A DNA stretch of 64,000 nucleotides, taken from an uncultured Acidimicrobiaceae bacterium. Its GTDB lineage: Bacteria > Actinomycetota > Acidimicrobiia > Spongiisociales > ZC4RG35. Below the pieces are notes generated by a model, which was given only the letters and a program-made list of their open reading frames with translations, did not search any database and was not told the DNA's origin. The translations under genes were made by a program, and so were the position numbers. Numbering within the stretch: position 1 is the first letter of the stretch; each line of letters begins with the position of its first letter. The DNA is taken from assembly GCA_964571765.1 (NCBI GenBank), contig CAZNDH010000005.1:10427-74426 (forward strand), written 5' to 3'. Of this stretch, positions 17,703 to 26,268 are shown piece after piece.

Positions 17703-18224
17703 ATGATGGATGGACTGAGCAAGTCCCTTGCCGGTGATCTCGATCGGGCCTTTCCCGGTGTGGTCGACGCCATGGGCGCCAGGTTGTACTGGGGCCTCCG
17801 TCGGATGTCGGGAAGTCACCATGAAGCCGAGGACCTCACCCAAGAGACCCTGATCCGTGCCTACCAGGCCCTCTCCGGGTACGACCCGGGGCGGATCTCC
17901 GATCTCAACCTGGAGCCCTGGCTGTGGACCATCGCCCTCAATCTGGGACGCAACCATCTCAGGGACCGGGCGAGACGGCCTACGCCGGTGGTCCTCGAGG
18001 ACACCGTGACGTTGTCCGACCCCGACCCGGTCGACACCCGGGCCTGGGACCGCCGGATGGCCGGGCTGAGCGGGCCGCAGCGGACCGCGGTGGTGCTCCG
18101 CCATGTGGTCGGCCTGGGAATCGACGAGATCTGTGAGGTCACCGGGCGCCCGGCGGGGACGGTGAAGGCCGACATCCATCGCGGACTGAGCCGACTCAAG
18201 AAGATCCTGGAGGACGAGAAATGA
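17703..18224 (+). CDS. ECF-type RNA polymerase sigma-70 family factor
   Basis: Region 2 'EAEDLTQETLIRAYQAL...PWLWTIALNLGRNHLRD'. Region 4 'LSGPQRTAVVLRHVVGLGIDEICEVTGRPAGTVKADIHRGLSRLKKIL'. The ORF 17580..18224 was trimmed to the ATG at 17703. Confidence 0.85.
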   Translation: MMDGLSKSLAGDLDRAFPGVVDAMGARLYWGLRRMSGSHHEAEDLTQETLIRAYQALSGYDPGRISDLNLEPWLWTIALNLGRNHLRDRARRPTPVVLEDTVTLSDPDPVDTRAWDRRMAGLSGPQRTAVVLRHVVGLGIDEICEVTGRPAGTVKADIHRGLSRLKKILEDEK

Positions 18225-18976
18225 GCATCGAGAGCCAACTCGCCGAGCTGATCGGCCCGCCACCCGATGGGCTGCACGAGGGGGTCGCCCTGGGCACCGG
18301 GGTGGCCGACGGTTACGACCTGTATCCATCTGCCGTGGGCACCGTGGTGGTTGCCTTCAACCCAAACGGGGTTTCGGCGATCGACCTGGCCGACGCCGAG
18401 TTCGTCGACCGGTTCACCAGCCGCACCGGGCGTACCCTGATCCGAGCCGAGGCCCCCCGGGCCTGGGCAAGGCACCTACCCGGTGCCATCGAAGCGGGCA
18501 CCCCGGGCAAGGTGCCGGTCGACCTCCGCGGAGTGACCCCCTTCCAGGCTGACGTGCTTCGGGTCACCGCCGCGATCCCCCGAGGCGAGGTCAGGCCCTA
18601 CGCCTGGCTGGCCAGGGAGGTCGCCCGCCCCTCGGCGGTGAGGGCAGCCGGCTCGGCGGTCGCCCGCAACCCGGTCCCGCTGATGATCCCCTGCCACCGG
18701 GTGGTCCGCTCCGACGGTCACATGGGGAACTACTCCTTGGGAGGGCCGGAGGTCAAGCTCCGGCTCCTGGAACACGAGGGCGCCGACCCCGTCCGGCTGG
18801 AGAGCCTCGCCGGGCGGCAGGTGAGGTTCCAGGGGAACACCACGACCGGCATCTTTTGCCATCCCACCTGTCGGGCCATCCGCCGCTCCCGGGAGGAAAA
18901 CGTGGTCGGCTTCGGGTCGGCGACACAGGCCGAGTCAGCCGGGTACCGGGCCTGCCTGCTCTGCCGTCCCCTCTGA
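18221..18976 (+). CDS. ogt: methylated-DNA--protein-cysteine methyltransferase (Ogt/MGMT) fused to a C-terminal Ada-type Cys4 zinc module
   Basis: ATGA overlap with the sigma gene. Acceptor motif 'NPVPLMIPCHRVVRSDG'. C-terminal 'GIFCHPTCRAIRRSREENVVGFGSATQAESAGYRACLLCRP' has the CX3C...CX2C spacing of the Ada N-terminal zinc domain. Confidence 0.85.
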   Translation: MSIESQLAELIGPPPDGLHEGVALGTGVADGYDLYPSAVGTVVVAFNPNGVSAIDLADAEFVDRFTSRTGRTLIRAEAPRAWARHLPGAIEAGTPGKVPVDLRGVTPFQADVLRVTAAIPRGEVRPYAWLAREVARPSAVRAAGSAVARNPVPLMIPCHRVVRSDGHMGNYSLGGPEVKLRLLEHEGADPVRLESLAGRQVRFQGNTTTGIFCHPTCRAIRRSREENVVGFGSATQAESAGYRACLLCRPL

Positions 18977-19027
18977 GCCGTTACCCTCGAATGGATGGGC
19001 AACGACACTTCGAGCGGGCGTGACACC

Positions 19028-20959
19028 ATGGAGCAGCTGGCGGTCAACACCATCAAAGGGCTGGCCATGGACGCCGTGGAGAGGGCCAACAGCGGACATC
19101 CCGGCATGCCGATGGGCATGGCCGACATCGCCGTCGTGCTGTGGTCCCGGTTCATCGAGGTCGACCCCGGCGACCCGACCTGGCCCGACCGGGACCGTTT
19201 CGTCCTCTCCAACGGTCACGGATCGATGCTGCTCTACTCACTGCTCCACCTCGCCGGCTTCCCCCTCGACCTCGACCAGCTGATCAACTTCAGGCAATGG
19301 GGCGGCCACACCGCGGGTCATCCCGAGATCCATCAGGAGCTGGGGATCGAGATGACCACCGGCCCTCTCGGTCAGGGGTTCGGGACAGGAGTGGGCATGG
19401 CCCTCGCCGAGGCCCACCTCAGGGCCAGGCTTGGGCCCGAGCTGGTCGACCATCGCACCTTCGGGTTCGTCTCCGACGGAGACCTCATGGAGGGCATCTC
19501 TTCTGAGGCGGCTTCATTGGCCGGTCATTTCGGCCTGGGCAAGCTGGTCTACGTCTACGACAGCAACCAGATCTCGATCGACGGATCCACCGACATCACC
19601 TTCAGCGAGGAGGTCGGTCGTCGATTTGCCGCGGTCAAGTGGCACACCCTGGAGGTGGACGGCCATGACCGGGAGGAGGTGGCCTCGGCGATCGATGCCG
19701 CCGTGGGCCAGGAGGATCGGCCCACCCTGATCATCGCCCACACCCGCATCGCCAAGGGAGCCCCCAACTTGGAGGGAACCGCCGAGGCCCACGGCCAGCC
19801 ACTGGGCGCCGACGAGGTGCGGGCGGTCAAGGAGGCGATGGGGTTCGACCCCGGCTCGGAGTTCCACGTTCCCGAGGAGGTGTACCGCTTTTTCGACCAT
19901 GCCATGGATCGGGGAAGACGGGCCCATGCCTCGTGGAAGCAGCGATTCGACTCCGTCGATGGCGAGGCGGCCGCATTGTGGAAGGCGCTCCACGATCCCC
20001 AGCCGGTGCGTCTCCAGGGCCCCGGCTTCGAGGTGGGCAAGAAAGTCGCCACCCGGTCCTCCTCAGGTGAGCTCTTCGCCGAGATCGCCGAGAAATCCCC
20101 GGGTTTCATCGGGGGCTCGGCCGACCTCGCCGGCTCGACCAAGACGGTGATCGAGAAGGGACGTCTCTTCTCCAGCGAGGATCTCATCGCCAGAGATATC
20201 CCCTTCGGGGTCCGTGAGCATGCCATGGGCACCGCGGTCAACGGGATGGCAGTCCACGGAGGGCTCAGGCCATACGGGGCCACCTTCTTCGTGTTCAGCG
20301 ACTACATGCGCCCGGCGGTGCGTCTCTCCGCACTGATGAGCGCTCCCTCCATCTGGGTTTGGACCCACGACTCGGTGTTCCTCGGCGAGGACGGCCCCAC
20401 CCACCAGCCGATCGAGCACCTCGCCTCGTTGCGGGCCATGCCAAACCTCTGGGTGATCCGGCCGGCCGACGCCAACGAGGTCCTCGAGGCATGGGAGATC
20501 GCCATCAACAGGAGCGACGGGCCGGTGGGCCTGGTACTGACCCGACAGGGCGTCCCCACCCTCGATCCGGTGCCGGGAGGGTTGTCCAAGGGTGGTTACC
20601 TGCGTCGGGATGGCGCCGACGTCACCCTGATCGCCACCGGGTCCGAGGTGGCGGTCGCCTTGGGCGCGGCGGAGCTGCTCGCCGGGGAGGGGATCGAGGC
20701 CAGGGTGGTATCACTCCCCTGTTGGGAACTTTTCTTCGAGCAGCCGGCGGAGTATCGGGAGGAGATCCTGGGCACCGCTCCCCGGGTGTCGGTGGAGGCG
20801 GCGGCCACCTTCGGGTGGGAGCGAATCGTCGGTGAGCATGGGCTGACCATAGGCATCGACCACTTCGGGGCTTCGGCGCCGGACACTGTGATCGCCGAGA
20901 AGCTCGGCTTCACCCCCGGGTCGGTGGCGGCCAAGGTCCGGGATCACCTGGGGGCCTGA
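19028..20959 (+). CDS. tkt: transketolase
   Basis: 'NSGHPGMPMGMADIA', 'DRDRFVLSNGHGSMLLYSLLHLAG', 'GPLGQGFGTGVGMA', 'DGDLMEGIS', 'GEDGPTHQPIEHLASLRAMPN'. The start is taken at the ATG at 19028. Confidence 0.94.
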   Translation: MEQLAVNTIKGLAMDAVERANSGHPGMPMGMADIAVVLWSRFIEVDPGDPTWPDRDRFVLSNGHGSMLLYSLLHLAGFPLDLDQLINFRQWGGHTAGHPEIHQELGIEMTTGPLGQGFGTGVGMALAEAHLRARLGPELVDHRTFGFVSDGDLMEGISSEAASLAGHFGLGKLVYVYDSNQISIDGSTDITFSEEVGRRFAAVKWHTLEVDGHDREEVASAIDAAVGQEDRPTLIIAHTRIAKGAPNLEGTAEAHGQPLGADEVRAVKEAMGFDPGSEFHVPEEVYRFFDHAMDRGRRAHASWKQRFDSVDGEAAALWKALHDPQPVRLQGPGFEVGKKVATRSSSGELFAEIAEKSPGFIGGSADLAGSTKTVIEKGRLFSSEDLIARDIPFGVREHAMGTAVNGMAVHGGLRPYGATFFVFSDYMRPAVRLSALMSAPSIWVWTHDSVFLGEDGPTHQPIEHLASLRAMPNLWVIRPADANEVLEAWEIAINRSDGPVGLVLTRQGVPTLDPVPGGLSKGGYLRRDGADVTLIATGSEVAVALGAAELLAGEGIEARVVSLPCWELFFEQPAEYREEILGTAPRVSVEAAATFGWERIVGEHGLTIGIDHFGASAPDTVIAEKLGFTPGSVAAKVRDHLGA

Positions 20960-22273
20960 GTGGCCGACGTGGTGGTGATCGGCGCCGGGATCGCTGGCGT
21001 CTCCACCGCCTTCCATCTGGCGGTGCGCCGCCACGTCGACCGGGTGGTGGTGGTCGATCCCCGGCCGCCGCTCACCCTGACCTCTGACAAGTCCACCGAG
21101 TGCTATCGCAACTGGTGGCCCGGCCGATCCATGGTCGGTCTGATGAACCGGTCGATCGATATCCTCGAGGAGCTTGCCGAGGAATCGGGCGACGTCTTCG
21201 GGCTGAGCAGGCGGGGGTACCTGTTCGTCACCGCCGACCCGGACCGGCTGGCGGCGATGGCTGCCCAGGCAGAAGTCACCTCCTCCTACGGCGCCGGACC
21301 GGTGCGGGCCCATCCCGGCCCGGAGCGTTATACCGACCGCCCCGACGGTGTCGACATCCTCTCACCCGGCGAGCTGGCCGAGCACTTCCCTTACATCACT
21401 CCCGAGGCGGTGGGCGCAGTCCATGTCCGCAGGGCGGGGTGGTTCAGCGCCCAACAACTCGGAGCCTGGATGCTGGAGCAGGCGAGGGAGCATGGGGCCG
21501 AGCTGATCGCCGACGAGGTGACGGGCATCGAGATCGGTGGCCGCGGAGTGGAAGGGGTGAGTCTGAAGGTTGGGGGCCGGATCCCTGCCGGGACAGTTGT
21601 GGCTGCTGCCGGTCCGCTGAGCGAGGCGGTTGCTGCCCTGGCCGGCGTCGACCTTCCCCTGATCTCAGAGCTCCACCTCAAGGTGGCCTTTCGGGATCAC
21701 CTCGAGGTGATCCCGCGTACCGCCCCGATGATCATCTGGTCCGATCCACAACGGGTGGAGTGGGAGGTCGAGGAGCGGGCCGGTCTCGAGGAACTGGGCC
21801 GAAACGACATCCTCGGGGAGATGCCGGTGTTCTGCCACGGGAGACCGGAGGGTGGCTCGGACTCCCCGTGGTTCCTTGCCCTCTGGGAGTACCACAAGGA
21901 GCTCCTCGAGCCGGTCTGGCCGATCGCCGTCGACCCGCTGTACCCCGAGGTGGTGATGCGGGGTCTGACCACCATGGTGCCCGGGCTGGCCCGTTACCTC
22001 GACCGGCTGCCCGAATCCCGGGTAGACGGTGGTTACTACACCAAGACCGTGGAGAACCGGCCGCTGATCGGCCCGGTCGGCCCCGATGGCTTCCACGTCG
22101 TCACCGGGATGTCCGGTTTCGGGGTGATGGTCGCCGCCGGGGCCGGTGACCTGGCCGCAGCCCACGTCACCGGTGGCGAGCTCCCCGACTATGCCCCGGA
22201 CTTCCTCGTCGACCGCTACCAGCGGCCGGATTACATGGAGGAGATCGCGGCCGCCGAGTCCGGCCAGCTCTGA
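20960..22273 (+). CDS. FAD-dependent oxidoreductase (DAO / glycine-D-amino-acid oxidase family)
   Basis: GTG start immediately after the tkt stop. Dinucleotide fold 'DVVVIGAGIAGVSTAFHLA'. C-terminal 'GMSGFGVMVAAGAGDLAA'. Confidence 0.8.
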   Translation: MADVVVIGAGIAGVSTAFHLAVRRHVDRVVVVDPRPPLTLTSDKSTECYRNWWPGRSMVGLMNRSIDILEELAEESGDVFGLSRRGYLFVTADPDRLAAMAAQAEVTSSYGAGPVRAHPGPERYTDRPDGVDILSPGELAEHFPYITPEAVGAVHVRRAGWFSAQQLGAWMLEQAREHGAELIADEVTGIEIGGRGVEGVSLKVGGRIPAGTVVAAAGPLSEAVAALAGVDLPLISELHLKVAFRDHLEVIPRTAPMIIWSDPQRVEWEVEERAGLEELGRNDILGEMPVFCHGRPEGGSDSPWFLALWEYHKELLEPVWPIAVDPLYPEVVMRGLTTMVPGLARYLDRLPESRVDGGYYTKTVENRPLIGPVGPDGFHVVTGMSGFGVMVAAGAGDLAAAHVTGGELPDYAPDFLVDRYQRPDYMEEIAAAESGQL

Positions 22274-22283
22274 GAGCGCCTCG

Positions 22284-22536
22284 TTAGCAGAGGTCGTCGA
22301 GGGCCAGGCCGGCGGCACCCCCCGAGGTAGGGTCGGCGATGAGGATCCGGACGTCCTCCCTGATCCGCTCCTCGTCGTAAGGTCCGGCCCGCCGAGGTCC
22401 CCGAGCTGTAGTCCCGGTTCACCGCCAGCACCCCGACCCGCTCCATGCTCACCGTGAGGCCGATGTCGATGAAGTCGACCAGCCAGTCCCGGGAGCTGTC
22501 GGTTGTCAGATGTCCGGAACTCGGTCGCGCCCACAC
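22284..22536 (-). pseudogene. possible decayed gene fragment (coding-like segments in two frames)
   Basis: On the minus strand, one frame reads 'SRDWLVDFIDIGLTVSMERVGVLAVN' and a second frame continues 'AGPYDEERIREDVRILIADPTSGGAAGLALDDLC*'. No single intact ORF with protein-like composition fills the 343-nt gap 22274..22616. Confidence 0.22.
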
Positions 22537-22616
22537 CAGACGAGTCCGTGGGAGGGGCCGGTGAGGCGGTCACATCTCCTTGTAGAGTGCCGCTCCGCCA
22601 TGCCACCGATTTCCCC

Positions 22617-23354
22617 ATGACATCCAGGGCAACTGACACGGGAACGATCGTCGTCGAAAACGTCACCAAGCGATTCGGGCGGGTCTCCGCCCTGGACGAC
22701 GTCTCCGTCAGTTTCGGCACCGGGGCCACAGCACTATTGGGGCGGAACGGAGCGGGCAAGACCACCCTGATCAACCTGCTCTCGGGGGTCGTCCTGCCCA
22801 GCGGGGGCTTGATCACGGTGGCGGGCCATCCGGCGGGGTCCCCCGAAGCTGTGCAAATGATCGCCCGTCAAATGGAGCTCCCCGGATCCGCCGGCTTCCT
22901 CACTCCGGGACGGTTACGCCGCATCTTCGGCCTCGACGACGAGGAGGCCTCGAAGCTCCGTCGGCTTCTCGAGGAGTTCACGGTCCCTCGGCGCGTCCTC
23001 GGCAAGATGTCAACCGGTAATCAGCTCAAGTTCGCCCTGTCGCTGGCTTTCGCCCGGTCCCGTCCCATCCTGCTTCTGGACGAACCGACGGCCGGCCTCG
23101 ACATATTCGGTGTCGAGATCCTGACCCGGCTCATCAAGGAGCGCTGCGACGCCGGTCTCGTCACCCTGGTGGCGACCCACCAGCCAACATTGACACCGGA
23201 GATCTTCGACAGGGCGGTGGTCATCGACCAGGGCAGGCTCCTCTACGAGGGCGACCTCAACGGACTGCTCACGATGGCACCGATCGACGGTGAAGCGGCC
23301 ACCACGCGCCTCGCCATCGCCATGACACGACTCATCGGGAATCTTCCTCGATGA
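22617..23354 (+). CDS. ABC transporter ATP-binding protein
   Basis: Walker A 'GRNGAGKTT', signature 'MSTGNQLKF', Walker B 'ILLLDEPTAGLD'. The ORF 22503..23354 was trimmed to the ATG at 22617. Confidence 0.8.
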   Translation: MTSRATDTGTIVVENVTKRFGRVSALDDVSVSFGTGATALLGRNGAGKTTLINLLSGVVLPSGGLITVAGHPAGSPEAVQMIARQMELPGSAGFLTPGRLRRIFGLDDEEASKLRRLLEEFTVPRRVLGKMSTGNQLKFALSLAFARSRPILLLDEPTAGLDIFGVEILTRLIKERCDAGLVTLVATHQPTLTPEIFDRAVVIDQGRLLYEGDLNGLLTMAPIDGEAATTRLAIAMTRLIGNLPR

Positions 23355-24247
23355 CCAGGTTGCGCGGAGTCGGCTCTGCGGTCTCACCGGCCGGGCTCCT
23401 GGTGCCCATCGTCCTCGCCGGTCTTCTGTCGTGGCAGGCAATGAGCGGCATCACCGGTGAGTTCGACCAGGCCCGCCGCTGTGCCATCGACTGGCAGCGG
23501 GCCATCGAGGCTCTCGAGGGAGGAGCCACCGACTACAACGGGGCATGCATCGGTTTGTCGATAGGGGACGGTCAAGGAGGCATCCCTGACGACTTCTACA
23601 GGGAGCGGGAGCGAGCCTGGGCGGACTACAACGCCGCAGCCGAGCGACTCACCGCCAACCCATGGCGCAGGGCGGCCAACCATATGGGCGGAGGTGCCCT
23701 GGTGTTCTTGGCCCTCTTCTCCGGTGCCATGGTGGCCGGGTCGCCTCTGGGCTCGGCGGTGGCGGCCTGGGGACTCTCCAATGGCTGGACCCGACCCAGC
23801 TGGGCGCGTTCCACTCTGATCCTCGTGTCTGTGGGAGTAGTCACCGCCTTCATGCTGGCTACCGGCATCGCCGTGGTCGTAACCCATCTCAAGGCGACCG
23901 GGGCAGGCGTCGCCGGCTCGTTTCCCCTGCCTGGCCTCGATGTCCTCACACCCATCCCCGCGTTGCTCTTCTACGGTCTGGTGGGGACCGTTGCCGGGTT
24001 GGTGACCGGTCGAGGGGAGATCGGTGGAATGACCGCGGTCGTCGTTGCCCTCGGCGACTTCATGGCGGCGTCTCGCTTTGGCCTCGCGCCAGTGTTCCCA
24101 TCCTCGTGGCACCAGACCGCGCTCGGAGCCGAGATCTCCCCGCTCACCGAGGCACAGGCTGTCCTGGCTGCGTCCGCAGCAGTTGTGCTGGTGACCGGAT
24201 TCGTCTACTGGTACATGACACGGCGCCGGGACGTGCCCGACCGCTGA
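23351..24247 (+). CDS. membrane protein coupled to the ABC ATPase (putative permease, unusual)
   Basis: ATGA overlap with the ATPase. One TM helix, then a soluble loop of about 100 aa ('FDQARRCAIDWQRAIEALEGGATDYNGACIGLS'), then about 5 TM helices. Confidence 0.55.
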   Translation: MTRLRGVGSAVSPAGLLVPIVLAGLLSWQAMSGITGEFDQARRCAIDWQRAIEALEGGATDYNGACIGLSIGDGQGGIPDDFYRERERAWADYNAAAERLTANPWRRAANHMGGGALVFLALFSGAMVAGSPLGSAVAAWGLSNGWTRPSWARSTLILVSVGVVTAFMLATGIAVVVTHLKATGAGVAGSFPLPGLDVLTPIPALLFYGLVGTVAGLVTGRGEIGGMTAVVVALGDFMAASRFGLAPVFPSSWHQTALGAEISPLTEAQAVLAASAAVVLVTGFVYWYMTRRRDVPDR

Positions 24248-24252
24248 AACGC

Positions 24253-24588
24253 CTACTCGACCCGGATGTCGACTCGGTGGTTGTAGAAGCAGATCCTGCC
24301 GGCGATCTCGACGGCTCCATCGAGCGGCTCCTCGTAACCCCAGGCAACGTCATGGTGAGTCCCGCCGTTGATCTCAGCCGACCAGTAGCGGGCCCTCCCT
24401 TTCCAGGGGCACCGCGACGTGGAGTCGGTCTCGCTGAGCAAGTCGAGCCGCACGTCCTCCTTGGGAAGGTAATACCTCACCGGGAGATCCCCCTCGTGGA
24501 GGGCTATGGCCCCGGTTGAGTCGGCAACGGTCACCCCGTCGATCTCGATGGTGACCCGTGACTCCAGAGGCTCAAAGGTATTGCCCAT
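24253..24588 (-). CDS. DUF427 domain-containing protein
   Basis: 'ALHEGDLPVRYYLPKEDV...TSRCPWKGRARYWSAEI...HDVAWGYEEPLDGAVEIAGRICFY' matches my recollection of the DUF427 pattern. Confidence 0.72.
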   Translation of the reverse strand: MGNTFEPLESRVTIEIDGVTVADSTGAIALHEGDLPVRYYLPKEDVRLDLLSETDSTSRCPWKGRARYWSAEINGGTHHDVAWGYEEPLDGAVEIAGRICFYNHRVDIRVE

Positions 24589-24762
24589 ACCGCGACCATT
24601 CTGTCACGCTTGCCGTCGAATCGACGCCGAGGCCGGGAAGGCCGATGAGAGTTCAATGCTGGATACCCCCAGCCTCATGGCGTAGGCATCCCTGAACGCA
24701 TTCGACACCCTCGGAGGCTGGCTCGGATTGGCACTGTGAAGACGTCTCCACGCCCGACCCCC

Positions 24763-25788
24763 TCAGTAGACCACCAGGGTGTCCAGCGGTGTGCCCAAGG
24801 CGAGGGCACGGCTCTCCCAGTACTCCTCGAAACGGGAGCGAAATGAACCCGGCTTCTCGGCGTACACCCTGCGGCCCAATACCTCGGAGGCCACCCTGAG
24901 CTCGGCGCGGCGCTGGGTGACCAGGGCAACGAACACCGAGCGCTCTCGGGGATGGGGGCACAGGTCAGGCCTGGCCCGGAGCAGGTCGAGCATTTCGGCA
25001 TGATCGTGGTCCTCCCCGAGGAGCAGCCCCAGGCGTTCGAGGGTGACCACCATCCCCCCGATCAGCTCGGGCCACAGCGGGACCAGGAACTCCAACTGGT
25101 TGCGTAACGTCTTCGCCTTCTTGCGCCAGTCGTGGAAGGTCTCTCCGCTGGGCCGGGTATAGGCCGCCACCATCCTCGCCCGGCCCCCGGCATAGGTAGC
25201 TCCCAAGCCGGGTCCGACCGCCTGGTAGCTGTCGCCGATTCCGATGCCGTACACCTCTCGGGCGTCGGAGTCGGTCGGCCACGACGAATAGCGTGCGTAG
25301 GCCCTCTCCAGGTTCTCGACGACCTTGACAACCAGGGTCGGGTCTTCCATCGCCTTCAGCAGGGCGAGGTCGCGTCTCCGCTCGACGCTGTGGATCAGCT
25401 CCTCGAATGTGCCCTCGGCCAGGAAGTCGCCGTAGAGGTCGCCGACCAGATGGGCCGCGTCGGCTACCGCAGTTGCCGACCGGGTCTCGGTGAGCAAGCG
25501 GGCGGTGTCCCGCATGATCGAGTCCTCAAAGCGGAAGATCTTCTCCCCCAAGTCCTCCCTGACCAGGGCGAGGAGCGCCCGCACCCTCTTCAGGGACTTT
25601 CGGGCCTCGTGCACCGCGGCAGGAAAGTGCTCCTCACCCTCGAAGAAGCCTGAGGCGGCGTTCTCGAACTGCTCCAGGGCAATGCGTTTCACCCCCGCGG
25701 GAAGCCTTTCGGAGATGCCCAACTGGCGGCTCGGGTCGAGGTCCGACGGTGGCGGCCCGGTGTGGGGATACGTTGCCAGGGCGAACAC
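24763..25788 (-). CDS. CHAD domain-containing protein (stand-alone)
   Basis: 'AAVHEARKSLKRVRALLALVRE', 'FHDWRKKAKTLRNQLEFLVPLWP' and 'LGEDHDHAEMLDLL' are CHAD helical His/Arg-rich motifs. The start is uncertain (GTG 25788 or TTG 25722). The upstream 113 aa of the ORF were rejected. Confidence 0.75.
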   Translation of the reverse strand: MFALATYPHTGPPPSDLDPSRQLGISERLPAGVKRIALEQFENAASGFFEGEEHFPAAVHEARKSLKRVRALLALVREDLGEKIFRFEDSIMRDTARLLTETRSATAVADAAHLVGDLYGDFLAEGTFEELIHSVERRRDLALLKAMEDPTLVVKVVENLERAYARYSSWPTDSDAREVYGIGIGDSYQAVGPGLGATYAGGRARMVAAYTRPSGETFHDWRKKAKTLRNQLEFLVPLWPELIGGMVVTLERLGLLLGEDHDHAEMLDLLRARPDLCPHPRERSVFVALVTQRRAELRVASEVLGRRVYAEKPGSFRSRFEEYWESRALALGTPLDTLVVY

Positions 25789-25812
25789 CCGGCCAGCGTA
25801 ATGTCGGGATCC

Positions 25813-26265
25813 ATGAGATCCGCGGGTCTTCTCCCTTACCGGCTCGACCGGACCTTGGAGGTCCTGATCGCCCATCCCGGTGGCCCCTATTTCACCCGAA
25901 AAGACGCTGGGTGGTGGTCGGTGGTGAAAGGCCAGGTCAGACCCGGAGAGTCGCCTGAGACGGCAGCGGCTCGGGAGTTCGAAGAGGAGACCGGGTGGCC
26001 TCCGCCGAACCGGCTCTGGGTCCCTCTGGGCGAGACCGTGCTCAAGTCGCGCAAGAAGGTGGTCGCCTGGGCGGTGGAACACGACTTCGACTTGTCCGGT
26101 TTCACACCGGGGACTTTCCTGCTCCACGGCAGAGAGTATCCCGAGATCGACCGTGTCGAGTGGATGGAACCCGATGAGGCCAGGACCAAGCTCAACCCGG
26201 CGCAGCGGGTGTTCATCGACCGTCTAGAGACCCACGTCGGGTTGAATGTATTCAGGAAGGAGTGA
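25813..26265 (+). CDS. NUDIX hydrolase
   Basis: Nudix box 'GQVRPGESPETAAAREFEEETGW'. The ORF 25762..26265 was trimmed to the ATG at 25813, which sits 8 nt after a TAATGT -10-like hexamer (possibly leaderless). Confidence 0.8.
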   Translation: MRSAGLLPYRLDRTLEVLIAHPGGPYFTRKDAGWWSVVKGQVRPGESPETAAAREFEEETGWPPPNRLWVPLGETVLKSRKKVVAWAVEHDFDLSGFTPGTFLLHGREYPEIDRVEWMEPDEARTKLNPAQRVFIDRLETHVGLNVFRKE

Positions 26266-26268
26266 GCG

